Below the pieces are notes generated by a model. The model searched no databases. It was not told the DNA's origin and saw only the letters and a program-made list of their open reading frames with translations. A stretch of DNA of 64,000 nucleotides. Source: a virus. The translations under genes and the position numbers were made by a program. The DNA lies in IMG/VR virus record IMGVR_UViG_3300045282_000112, positions 1-64,000 of that record. One strand, 5' to 3'. Positions 37,532 through 46,249 of the stretch are shown here, in pieces (position 1 is the stretch's first letter; every line of letters starts with the position of its first letter).

Positions 37532-37565
37532 GGGGGCTTCCTTTCAAAAGCTGGTGTGACGCCGC

Positions 37566-37943
37566 TCAGCGCGAGATCGCGTTGGGCTCGGGCTCAGGCT
37601 CCGGCTGTGGCTCTGGCTCGGGCTCTGGCTCGGGCTCTTCCTGCGGCTCGGGCAATGGGGTGGGCGCATCGGGCTGCATGAGCACCAGATCACCGTCGCG
37701 CATGCGGCCACTGATCCACAGATCGTCGGCGCGCACTTCAACGGGGCCAGTGATCTCCGACATGTCGGAAGCCATCACCCGCTTCATGTGCGGTGCGGGT
37801 GTCACCCAGATCATCTTGGGTGCGGGCTTGCGGGGGCGCAGGCCAAGCGCCTCCTCGTCCCTGATCCGCTCCTCGTTGCGGTCGATGACCTTCTGCGTGG
37901 CCTCAAATTCTTGATCTGCGACGCTCTTTGTGGGCATGGGCAT
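37566..37943 (-). CDS. DUF2635 / Mu gp38-like protein (paralogue 2)
   Basis: WV.PA....V.....V..D..W...R.RDGD; PEPE tail. Confidence 0.55.
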   Translation of the reverse strand: MPMPTKSVADQEFEATQKVIDRNEERIRDEEALGLRPRKPAPKMIWVTPAPHMKRVMASDMSEITGPVEVRADDLWISGRMRDGDLVLMQPDAPTPLPEPQEEPEPEPEPEPQPEPEPEPNAISR

Positions 37944-37961
37944 TGGTGTTCCTTTCGAAGT

Positions 37962-38342
37962 TCACTCGGTGGCGACGGTCGCCGTGATGACGCAGATGTC
38001 CGCGCCGCTCTCCTGTGCCGCCATCAACATCCAGTCGGGCACTGGCTCACTCAGCAGCAGCGAGCCGTCGCGTAGGCGGCGGTGGGCGTAGGTGTCGTCG
38101 CGGGGCACCGCCATTCCCGCGACCGGGTAGGGGAGGCCATCGATGTCGAGGATCGTGCGCCCCTCGGCAGGCTTGACCCACATGGTCGTCGCCGCAGGCT
38201 CGCTCTTCGGTGCCGCACGCATCGCCACGGCGCGGCGCTCGGCTGCCATCTCGCCCAGCGATGCCATCGACAGGCCGCCGGGAATGCCCGCCGTCAGTGC
38301 GTCGGTCGGCGGGTCCGAGTTGGGATCGACCTCACCCGGCAT
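37962..38342 (-). CDS. DUF2635 / Mu gp38-like protein (paralogue 1)
   Basis: MWVKPAEGR.I.D..G...P..G..VPRD..Y..RRLRDGS; start ATG 38342. Confidence 0.65.
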   Translation of the reverse strand: MPGEVDPNSDPPTDALTAGIPGGLSMASLGEMAAERRAVAMRAAPKSEPAATTMWVKPAEGRTILDIDGLPYPVAGMAVPRDDTYAHRRLRDGSLLLSEPVPDWMLMAAQESGADICVITATVATE

Positions 38343-39168
38343 GGTCGACGGTCGGCGTGCCCGTTTCCGGGGGAACCATAACGTTCGCAGTCTCAACGAA
38401 CGGAGCCTCCTGCTCGATGGGCCACATCGCCTCGATCTCAAGGCTCGGGATGGAAGCCCACACGCGTTGCAGCGGCGGGTAGGTCGGGCGTGGCAGGTAG
38501 CCGTGCGCCTCGATGATGGCTGCCAGCTGCTCGATGCTCTTCTTGAAGTCGCCAGTCGCGGTGCAGATCAGGTCGTTGACGACGCGCACCCAGCCCTCGG
38601 GCAAAACGTCGGGCACGGGATGTGCAAACTCTTTGACCGGGCTCGGCGGGCACTCAGGTGGCAGGTTGACGACGATTGACAGCGTGCGCACTGCGAGGCG
38701 GACTGCACCGCGCTCGGGCGCGGAGAAGCGTGGCACCGATGAGTAGCCGCTGATCGAGCCGTAGTGCCAGCGGTCCTGATACAGGCTCGCCCAGTAGCCA
38801 TGGCCACGCAGCGCCGCCCATATCTGCCACTCCAGCAGGTCGAGGAAAGCTTCCAGCGAACTGTCGGTGCGCGGCCAGTCGATGCGTGGCTCTTCCTTGC
38901 CGTTGATCATCGTGGTGGCGGCAGTGAGCACGCCGAACTCGATCAGCAGCCGCGCCTGCCTGCCGATGATCTGGAAGCGGTTGAACGCGAGGTTGTCGTC
39001 ATCGACACGGATGATGATGACCGGGCGTCGCTTCGACGGCACCACATCGACGACGCTGTCGATCATGCTGTCGTAGACAAACTCGCCCGCCACCGTCGGC
39101 CAAGGCGGACCATGCCCGCCATTGATCAGCGTCGCGACCGTTGCCAGTCTGAGCGCCGTCCGTTCCAT
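38332..39168 (-). CDS. putative tail completion/terminator protein
   Basis: PT.AG..VYDS..D...P.I....DDD; LDLLE.QI..AL; position before sheath. Confidence 0.6.
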   Translation of the reverse strand: MERTALRLATVATLINGGHGPPWPTVAGEFVYDSMIDSVVDVVPSKRRPVIIIRVDDDNLAFNRFQIIGRQARLLIEFGVLTAATTMINGKEEPRIDWPRTDSSLEAFLDLLEWQIWAALRGHGYWASLYQDRWHYGSISGYSSVPRFSAPERGAVRLAVRTLSIVVNLPPECPPSPVKEFAHPVPDVLPEGWVRVVNDLICTATGDFKKSIEQLAAIIEAHGYLPRPTYPPLQRVWASIPSLEIEAMWPIEQEAPFVETANVMVPPETGTPTVDHAG

Positions 39169-39196
39169 CTATAACCTTCCAGAATGTAAAGTTTGC

Positions 39197-39379
39197 TCAC
39201 CCGTGGATCGGCGCGCCGAACACCTGCCAGCCAAGAATGCCCAGCAGGATGAACAGCAGAATGCTGTGCCCCCACAGGCCGTAGGAAGTAGGGACATTCG
39301 CTGGCCAGCCCCAATTGATGACGAAGCCGAAGATCAACCAGATCAGCATCAGTATCCAAAACAGCAGACCACTGGTCAT
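39197..39379 (-). CDS. small membrane protein
   Basis: Two hydrophobic helices; LLFILLG.LGWQVFG.PI. Confidence 0.7.
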   Translation of the reverse strand: MTSGLLFWILMLIWLIFGFVINWGWPANVPTSYGLWGHSILLFILLGILGWQVFGAPIHG

Positions 39380-39385
39380 CTGAGT

Positions 39386-39544
39386 TCAAAGCCTCCCTAG
39401 CAGGAGCAAAACAACGACAATGACGAGGATGGCCCCAATGATGCCTGATGGTCCGTAACCCCAGTTGGCGCTGTATCCCCAAGTCGGCACAGCGCCGATA
39501 AGGATCAGGATCAGCAGGATGAGCAGGATTGTTCCAACTGACAT
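39386..39544 (-). CDS. DUF3309-family small membrane protein
   Basis: Below track cut-off; MSVGTILLILLILILIGAVPTWGYSANWGYGPSGIIGAILVIVVVLLLLGRL; AAAGGGG RBS. Confidence 0.8.
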   Translation of the reverse strand: MSVGTILLILLILILIGAVPTWGYSANWGYGPSGIIGAILVIVVVLLLLGRL

Positions 39545-39555
39545 GGCATCCCCTT

Positions 39556-40002
39556 TCACCAAGGCGGCGTTGCATCGTCAGGTGACGGCGGCACATCGAT
39601 GCCGCTGATCTCGACCAGCGTCGCCTCGTAGCGACCGAAGCCCACGGGGGTCGGCCCGTCCCCCACTTCGTAGACACGCGTGCCCGTGTAGTCGGGGTTG
39701 TGGCGCGAGCCGGTCAGCGTGAAGCGGTCGAAACGCTGCACCTTGGTAAGCGCGCCACGCGCCATGAACGACAGCTTCGGCTCGCTGCTGGCACGCTTGT
39801 GCATGGCGTTGAGGCTGTGCCCGGAGCCCAGCGCAGCACCCGGCTGCAACAGGATGGCACGACACGATCCGCCCGCGCGCTCGGGGTCGGGCTCGGGCAA
39901 CGCGTTGATCACCTCGCGCATTGGCACATACTCGAACGCGTCGGTGAACTCCTCGTCGAGCTTGGCGTAGGCCGCCGCGATGCGTGCACCAAAGACGCTC
40001 AT
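39556..40002 (-). CDS. putative head-closure / head-tail joining protein
   Basis: Size and position; D..F...PDP.R...DRF...YEV...P.GFGR. Confidence 0.5.
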   Translation of the reverse strand: MSVFGARIAAAYAKLDEEFTDAFEYVPMREVINALPEPDPERAGGSCRAILLQPGAALGSGHSLNAMHKRASSEPKLSFMARGALTKVQRFDRFTLTGSRHNPDYTGTRVYEVGDGPTPVGFGRYEATLVEISGIDVPPSPDDATPPW

Positions 40003-40526
40003 CAGAAGCGCGCCCAGACGCGCGAGAACTGTTCAAGCACGCCCTCGGCGACACGCTCCATCGCATCGGGCAGCAGCTCGGCACCAGCCCGCAGCATGCT
40101 GTCGGTGATGCTCAGCCGCTCGATGCGACAGCGGCAATTTGGGTGCGCCGGGTAGATGTCCATCACGTCGATGATCCGGTAGACGACGCCATCACGCGGC
40201 CCGCAGATCGGGCAGACCTTCTCGTCGCGGCTGGTGACCCACTCGACGTAGGTGACCATCTTCTCGTCGGACGAGATGCCGAAGCTTGGCAGCAAGGCAC
40301 TCGCCTCGCGGCTGGTAAGCGCCGACGCGATCACCTGCGGCGGCACTTCGGGGAAGTCTTTGGCGATCTCATCGACCACGTCATTGAACAGTGCGTGCCC
40401 ACTGTTGTTGACCTCGATGGGGATCGCCCGCTCGATCTCGCCTTGGCTGATCGTCACGGCGTAGTGGTATTGCGCCTGCAGCAGACTGGTATCGATGCCA
40501 AGCACCAATACCTCGATGTCAGCCAT
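40002..40526 (-). CDS. short MuF-like (minor head) domain protein
   Basis: WVTSRDEKVCPIC..RDG...PAHPNCRC. Confidence 0.75.
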   Translation of the reverse strand: MADIEVLVLGIDTSLLQAQYHYAVTISQGEIERAIPIEVNNSGHALFNDVVDEIAKDFPEVPPQVIASALTSREASALLPSFGISSDEKMVTYVEWVTSRDEKVCPICGPRDGVVYRIIDVMDIYPAHPNCRCRIERLSITDSMLRAGAELLPDAMERVAEGVLEQFSRVWARF

Positions 40527-40750
40527 CAGAAGCGGCGCACCGTGAAGGGTCGCGGCGGATCAACTGGCTGCGCGGCCGGTTGCCAGTTCTTGCTGATGGT
40601 CGCCCTGCCGACGCGAATGTCGTCGCCAATCGAGCGCGCCATCTCACCCATGTGTGCACGCAGTGCCGTGTTGTCACCACGCTTCAGCGCGCTGACCATG
40701 CGGCTGCCTATCTCGCGGCGCTGTCCACATCCACACCCCATGACGATCAC
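40526..40750 (-). CDS. hypothetical protein (GCGC..RR)
   Basis: Coupled small ORF. Confidence 0.55.
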   Translation of the reverse strand: MIVMGCGCGQRREIGSRMVSALKRGDNTALRAHMGEMARSIGDDIRVGRATISKNWQPAAQPVDPPRPFTVRRF

Positions 40751-40932
40751 TCCTGCGGCTGTTGCTCTGGCGCAGGGTCTTGCTTGTTGAGCCCTGCGTC
40801 ATCGCGCGGGTCCTCGGTGGGCTTGGTGCCGCCCGGGTGCGCGCCGGGAGAGATGCCGCCGCTGGCAGGCGCGTAGGTGCCCTCGCGGACCTTCTCTTTG
40901 CGGTCTTGCTTGTCATCCTTGTCGTCTGCCAT
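40747..40932 (-). CDS. hypothetical protein
   Basis: AGGAG RBS; hydrophilic 61 aa. Confidence 0.55.
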   Translation of the reverse strand: MADDKDDKQDRKEKVREGTYAPASGGISPGAHPGGTKPTEDPRDDAGLNKQDPAPEQQPQE

Positions 40933-40957
40933 TGGTCTCTCCTATTTAGGACAGTCA

Positions 40958-40988
40958 CAGGCAAATTACTCATTATGGGTAATTTGCC
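40958..40988. repeat. intergenic copy of DUF3102 palindrome
   Basis: CAGGCAAATTACTCATTATGGGTAATTTGCC versus 1-31; similarity continues (GAACCG.TC) after a 3-nt gap. Confidence 0.9.
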
Positions 40989-40995
40989 GAACCGC

Positions 40996-41493
40996 TCAGA
41001 CAACCAGCACAGCTGGCTTGTTCACTTTCAGAAGCTCTAAGTAACGTTGCCCATACGGCGTCGAGGTGAGCCCGTATTGGTCGCCGATGCCTGCACCGCT
41101 GCTGCCCTGCGCTGTCTGCTTCGCCGTCGGCGGGTTGAAGCTCACCGACATGCTCTCAAAGTGCAGCGAGGTGACCGAGCCGCCGGGGATGAGAATGGTG
41201 TTGCCCTCGTCGTCGGTCACCACGTCGGGCACCAGCGTCGCGGCGAACAAGGCCAGCATCAGGTAGTGAGCCGCGAGGTAGCCGATGGCCTTGGTGCAAT
41301 CAAAACATGCCGTGTCGATCCACGTGCTGTCGGCCCAGCACGAGGCGTCGTTGATGGCGTTCTCAATCGCGCCGTCGCTGATGTTGGCGAACTCGGGGAA
41401 GCGTGCCCTGAACTGCTCGACGGTCGGCGGCTCGCATGGCAGCGAGGAGACGCCGATGTTGATCGGCCATCCGGGCATAAGGCTGTAGCTCAT
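40996..41493 (-). CDS. head-tail adaptor, DUF4054-like
   Basis: FRARFPEF; YLAAH.L; ST.YGQRYL.L. Confidence 0.85.
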   Translation of the reverse strand: MSYSLMPGWPINIGVSSLPCEPPTVEQFRARFPEFANISDGAIENAINDASCWADSTWIDTACFDCTKAIGYLAAHYLMLALFAATLVPDVVTDDEGNTILIPGGSVTSLHFESMSVSFNPPTAKQTAQGSSGAGIGDQYGLTSTPYGQRYLELLKVNKPAVLVV

Positions 41494-41954
41494 GTGCCGA
41501 AGCGCCTCCGCGCGGCGATGTGGTGCGGTCGTGGCGGCCAGTCAGTGGTCATGTGCGGGTGGTCAGTGAACGCGCCGTAATGGTCGGGCCACTCGATCAC
41601 CTGCATGTGCAGCACCTTGCCAGTAATATGCGCCGTGTCGCCGCCCTCCTGTGCATACATGCCCGGGGGCGTCGGCAGGCGTGGGCTGCGGCAGAAGATG
41701 ATCCACGGCTCGCCGAGCAGCGGCTTGTAGATCGGGTTGCCTGCGCCGTTGCTCTTCGGCACCTGTTCGAAGAACAGCGGCGTGAATTGCTGGGCAGCGG
41801 CGTTGAAGTGTGGGAGGTCGCTGCCATCGTCGTCGTTGAGAAGCGTCTGATACGATGGCGCGACATTGCGCTTGATCGTCGCTGTCGCCTTGCCACGCAG
41901 CGGCGCTGTGCCGCTGAAGACTACATACGGCCCACCAATGAAGACGCCAGACAT
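41490..41954 (-). CDS. hypothetical protein
   Basis: 154-aa ORF coupled to adaptor gene. Confidence 0.6.
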   Translation of the reverse strand: MSGVFIGGPYVVFSGTAPLRGKATATIKRNVAPSYQTLLNDDDGSDLPHFNAAAQQFTPLFFEQVPKSNGAGNPIYKPLLGEPWIIFCRSPRLPTPPGMYAQEGGDTAHITGKVLHMQVIEWPDHYGAFTDHPHMTTDWPPRPHHIAARRRFGT

Positions 41955-41964
41955 CGGCGCACCG

Positions 41965-44900
41965 TCATGGCGCGAAGGCGAAGGTCTTGGCTACGCCACC
42001 GACTTGCATCTTCAGCGCCGTGCCATCGAACCAGATAAGGCCATCGGTTGGCGCTGCTGGTGTGCTGACCGGCATTTGCACAGACGACGTGAACAGGCTG
42101 CGCAGCGATTTGGCGAGCGCCCCGATGTCGAGCGTGTTGTCCGTCTCAGGCACGAGATGGCTGCCTGTCGAGTGAGACATGCGCCACTTGGCCGTCGGGC
42201 CGTCGGAGCAGAAGACGAGGTCTTTCTGCACGCCACCGCTCAGTGCACCCACCTCGAAATTGAACTGGGCGGATGGGAGAGTGGGGTCCATGTAGTTGTC
42301 CCAGCCAAGCTGGGCGATCCCCTGCGGGGTTCCCGTGTGGTCATACAGGCCGATGGCTGCCCCATAGGTGGCCAGCATCTGCGGCTGTATGCTCATCACA
42401 TATATCCCGGTATCGATGTCCTCCACCGGGGTGTCACGACCGGGCGTGTTGGGCATCACGCTACGATCAAACGTGTGATCAACAGGATCGATGAAAGCGT
42501 TGCTGAGCAGGACGCCAATGTAGTTGGCGGCGTGACTGTAACCCAAGCCGCCGCCGATATACATGTTGCGCGAACGCAGGCCGATGATCGGCCCATCGTA
42601 GTCGGAGATGTTGAGAACTGTCGTGGGCGTCGTCTGGTCGGCGGCCTTCGACACGATGCTGCCGCCGGATACCGCGCTGTAGCCGCCTTCGGTCTTCGTC
42701 TCCAGCATCAGTCTGGGCGAGGACACGCCAACCTCGCCGGATGCATAGATGTTGCGCACCCGGTTGACCTCGGACCCGATGTCCACCGTGTTGCTCATCA
42801 CCGGGAGCAGGTGGCTGCCCAGCGAGTGGTGGATTTGCCAATACGGCGCACCATCCACGTCGGAGGCGAAATACACGTCGCCCTTCAGCGAGACAGCATT
42901 GATAGCTTTGACGCGCTTCTCGGGCGAGCCAATGTTGAGCGTGTTGTCCACCTCGGGGATGAAGTGGCCGCCGGTCGAGTGCGACACGCGCCACACGGGC
43001 ACATCCGTGTTAGTGCAGAAGGCAAGGTCTTTCGGTGTGCCGTAACTAGCGACCGCGAGTTGGAAGAAGCTCTTGTCCTCTGACCAAGCGAGGCCGCCGT
43101 AGCTGCTCTCGTAGTCGGACAGCGGGCCACTGGAGAACATATGAAAGTGGTCGTAGAAGTAAGACCCGACTGATGCCATCATCTGGATCAGTCGGCCACC
43201 ATTGGGCTGGCTCTCGATGGTGCTGTCATCATCAACGAAGAACATGATGACGTTGGCATCCAACCCATCCTCTTGTTCGTCACTGCCGCTGCCGCCGAAC
43301 TCTCCACCACCACCGCCACCGATGCTCATCTGACGCCACTTGTAACCCTCGGTGCCGTTGATGATCACGCCGCCGCTCATCATGTGCAGCGGTGGTGCCG
43401 TCCCTTCTGGTCCTTCCGGCGCGCCGGGGTCGCTCTGCCGCACTTGGATGGTGCCACCGCGCCACGTGTCCCCCCTCTCGCTCGTGGTGCCACCTGTGTC
43501 CGACAGGAGCAGCCTCGGAGTGCTGACGCTGGTGCCCGCGTGCACGTCACGCAGCCGGTTGGTGTGTGAACCAAGGTCCGACACGTTGTCGCGCCACGGC
43601 GTGATGTGTGGCTCGTGCCACGCACCGAAGGACCAGTTGGCGGTGATGTAGAGCGGCTTGCCCGCAAACTCACCTTGCCCCCACGCCTGCGCGCCGACGA
43701 GCCAGCCACCCGGCCCGCCACTGATGATCATGGCCTCACCCGGCAGGCTCAGGTCGTCAAGGTTGTTACCGAAGCCGTCGAGCCAAAGGCCAGAAGTGTA
43801 GTTGGGGTTGATAAATCCCACGTAGCCGAAGGCGTTGTAGAGCGTCTCAGTGCCGACGCTCTCGTAGCCCGCTGGTGGCGGCAGGACGACCTTGTCGGAT
43901 GTGAAGTTTTCCACGCCGAGACTGCCAGCGTGCACGGCGCGCACGCGATGCGTGGGATCACCGATGTCCTGCAAGTTGTCGGTGCCGGGGATGAGGTGAT
44001 TGCCGTTCGAGAACGCCATCGTCCACTTCGGCTGACTGTCATCGGCGCAGAACGCCAGATCGGCCTGTGAGGCCGTGACCGTTCCGCTCCAGAAGCCAAC
44101 CCTGATGTTGAAGCGGGTGGGAGCCTCTTGGTTGTCCCAACCAATCGTCGCATCCCAATTGTTGGTGTAGTCGTAGAAAGCTGCCTCACAGGCATAGAGG
44201 CCAAGGATACCGGCGTAACCGGGCGTGTAAGGATAGAGGTAGGCAACCAAGTTGCTTTTGACGGGATCAGGCGGGGCTGTTGAGCCGTAGTTGTCGCTGG
44301 CGTAGAAGTAGATACCATTGGTATCGACAGGGGGATTGTCACCCAGCATCCAAGGATCGGCGGTGCCAAGGTTGAGGGTGCGAAAGCGGATGTCAGGGTA
44401 ACCAAAATCCTCAAAGGTCATGTCGGTGTTGGAGAGCACTGCCGCTGCCGGAACGTCGGGGCGGTCAATGCGCTCGCTCACGACAGAGCCGCAATCGAGC
44501 AGGCCCTCCTGCTTCAACTTAACCAGTGGCGTATGCACCGTGGAGCCAGCATGGATATCGCGCACGCGATGCGCCTCGTCGCCAACGTCAACAACGTTGT
44601 CGGCGTTGGGCACGAGGTGGCTGCCGCGCGAGTGGGCGATCAGCCACTGCGCGATGTCGCCCTGCGAGCAGAAGGCCATGTCGGGCTGCACGCCCGGTTC
44701 GTCGGTCGCCCAGTTCTTGTCGAAGCCCAGTGTCAGGTTGAGCTTGTCCTTGGCGGCGCTCCAGCCGAACGAGAACGAGCGGTCGAACTCATCGTAGTCG
44801 TTGATGAACTCAACGGTGTTGGCGAGGCCAAGGAAGTAGCCGGTCTGCAAGATCAGCGACGGGACCGACGCATCGAGCGGTGCAGGCTGTGCATCGCTGT

Positions 44901-45546
44901 TGATCCAGTTGTCGTCGAGCCAGAAGCTGATCATGTTGCTATCGACGGCACCCGCCGAGAAGCCGCCGCCGACGTTGGTCATGCGCAGGCTGTAGGTAGG
45001 CGTGGCCGCACCCGGCACGCCAAGCGCCATCTCGCCGCCGCTGACCATGTGGATCGGGGCGACGGTCATGCCTTCCCTTGCGGAGGCATCTCTTGCGACA
45101 GAACTGGCAGCGCCAGCAGCGGGGGGCAGTGCTTGGATTGTGCCGCCCCCGATAGCACTATCCTCGAAAGGGGGCTGGAGCGCCATTTCGTCGTTGAGGT
45201 AGATGGCGCTCGCCACGTGCACGGTGCTGGCCATCGCCGTGGTCGGGATCGACAAGACGAAGTCGGCCCATTCCTTCGGGAAGCTCTGGTCGATGCCGAC
45301 GATGGTCACCACGTCGGCAGCCATCTCTTCTGGGGTGAGCGTCACCCGCACCAGCACCGAGCCAGCGGGCTGCACGACCGGCGCGATGGTCAGCGGCGCG
45401 AGGCCGTAGCCGTCCTTGTCGATCTTGAAGTCGCCCGCCGCGAGGCTCGGGTTTGCCTTGAACGTTCCGGGCATCGCCATGTCGGACAACGACACGCGCA
45501 GCACAAAATCCTCACCCTTGATCGGGGGGTTATACGGGGCAGCCAT
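41965..45546 (-). CDS. large fibre/spike-like virion protein with six internal repeats
   Basis: 1193 aa; repeats D[LM]AFC...W..[SA]HS.G.H[LF][VIL]P..DN..D[IV]G....R.R.[IV].A. Confidence 0.65.
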   Translation of the reverse strand: MAAPYNPPIKGEDFVLRVSLSDMAMPGTFKANPSLAAGDFKIDKDGYGLAPLTIAPVVQPAGSVLVRVTLTPEEMAADVVTIVGIDQSFPKEWADFVLSIPTTAMASTVHVASAIYLNDEMALQPPFEDSAIGGGTIQALPPAAGAASSVARDASAREGMTVAPIHMVSGGEMALGVPGAATPTYSLRMTNVGGGFSAGAVDSNMISFWLDDNWINSDAQPAPLDASVPSLILQTGYFLGLANTVEFINDYDEFDRSFSFGWSAAKDKLNLTLGFDKNWATDEPGVQPDMAFCSQGDIAQWLIAHSRGSHLVPNADNVVDVGDEAHRVRDIHAGSTVHTPLVKLKQEGLLDCGSVVSERIDRPDVPAAAVLSNTDMTFEDFGYPDIRFRTLNLGTADPWMLGDNPPVDTNGIYFYASDNYGSTAPPDPVKSNLVAYLYPYTPGYAGILGLYACEAAFYDYTNNWDATIGWDNQEAPTRFNIRVGFWSGTVTASQADLAFCADDSQPKWTMAFSNGNHLIPGTDNLQDIGDPTHRVRAVHAGSLGVENFTSDKVVLPPPAGYESVGTETLYNAFGYVGFINPNYTSGLWLDGFGNNLDDLSLPGEAMIISGGPGGWLVGAQAWGQGEFAGKPLYITANWSFGAWHEPHITPWRDNVSDLGSHTNRLRDVHAGTSVSTPRLLLSDTGGTTSERGDTWRGGTIQVRQSDPGAPEGPEGTAPPLHMMSGGVIINGTEGYKWRQMSIGGGGGGEFGGSGSDEQEDGLDANVIMFFVDDDSTIESQPNGGRLIQMMASVGSYFYDHFHMFSSGPLSDYESSYGGLAWSEDKSFFQLAVASYGTPKDLAFCTNTDVPVWRVSHSTGGHFIPEVDNTLNIGSPEKRVKAINAVSLKGDVYFASDVDGAPYWQIHHSLGSHLLPVMSNTVDIGSEVNRVRNIYASGEVGVSSPRLMLETKTEGGYSAVSGGSIVSKAADQTTPTTVLNISDYDGPIIGLRSRNMYIGGGLGYSHAANYIGVLLSNAFIDPVDHTFDRSVMPNTPGRDTPVEDIDTGIYVMSIQPQMLATYGAAIGLYDHTGTPQGIAQLGWDNYMDPTLPSAQFNFEVGALSGGVQKDLVFCSDGPTAKWRMSHSTGSHLVPETDNTLDIGALAKSLRSLFTSSVQMPVSTPAAPTDGLIWFDGTALKMQVGGVAKTFAFAP

Positions 45547-45573
45547 GAGTTGATCCCTTCTACATTCAGAGGG

Positions 45574-45945
45574 TCACAGTGCGTGGGTGACTGTCGCCGC
45601 CGTCAGCGTGACGTTCTGGCCTACGGCGATTGTAAGACCGGGCAGGATCACGTCGGTGCCCGCCGTGCCGACGGTGAGACCGGTTAGGTGGGCGAGGCCA
45701 CCGCCGACGACGCCGGTCCTCACCTGCGCCTTGGCAGCGTCGCCCGCACCGACTGCGGGCACGGTGCCGAAGTCGAAGGCCAGCGTCCAAACACCGTTGG
45801 ACACAGTGCCGCCATCGTCCGCCAGCCCGAACGACACGAGCAGCACGTCGGTGGCTGAGAGGATTTCCAGCGTGCCATTGGCGAAGTGGTCACGCGTGAC
45901 GGTCATCCGCGTGTCCTTGAGTGACGGATCGTAATAGACGGGCAC
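45574..45945 (-). CDS. hypothetical virion protein
   Basis: beta-rich; GLTVG..G.D..L....I..GQ.VT.T....TH pattern. Confidence 0.65.
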   Translation of the reverse strand: MPVYYDPSLKDTRMTVTRDHFANGTLEILSATDVLLVSFGLADDGGTVSNGVWTLAFDFGTVPAVGAGDAAKAQVRTGVVGGGLAHLTGLTVGTAGTDVILPGLTIAVGQNVTLTAATVTHAL

Positions 45946-45956
45946 TGGCGTTCTCC

Positions 45957-46205
45957 CTACAGCTTGGCGCGGCCTTCGGGATGCGGGTGCTGCTCCTTGT
46001 TCTTGCTGCTACGCGCAGGAGCGCCACCGACGACCTCAAGGTCGCCGCCGCTCTCCCACGTCTCGGTCAGCCACGCTGCGGTGTGGTCGTCCACGTCGAT
46101 GTCGGCTTCCTCGCCGCCCGGAAGGATGACGTGGTGTTTGTTGGCCAAGTCGATGACCCCTCGGGGGCCAGTGCCATTGCTGTTCTTCAGGCTGATGAGA
46201 GCCAT
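45957..46205 (-). CDS. hypothetical protein following capsid gene
   Basis: ATG 46205 with AGGAG RBS. Confidence 0.65.
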   Translation of the reverse strand: MALISLKNSNGTGPRGVIDLANKHHVILPGGEEADIDVDDHTAAWLTETWESGGDLEVVGGAPARSSKNKEQHPHPEGRAKL

Positions 46206-46249
46206 GTCTTTGTTCTCCTGTGCAAAGTTAGCCCGGAGGCTAACGACCA

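Noticed and set aside
40946-41003. Diversity-generating retroelement template/variable repeat pair with nt 1-45
   Set aside because: Too short, differences are not adenine-specific, and no reverse transcriptase is in the window
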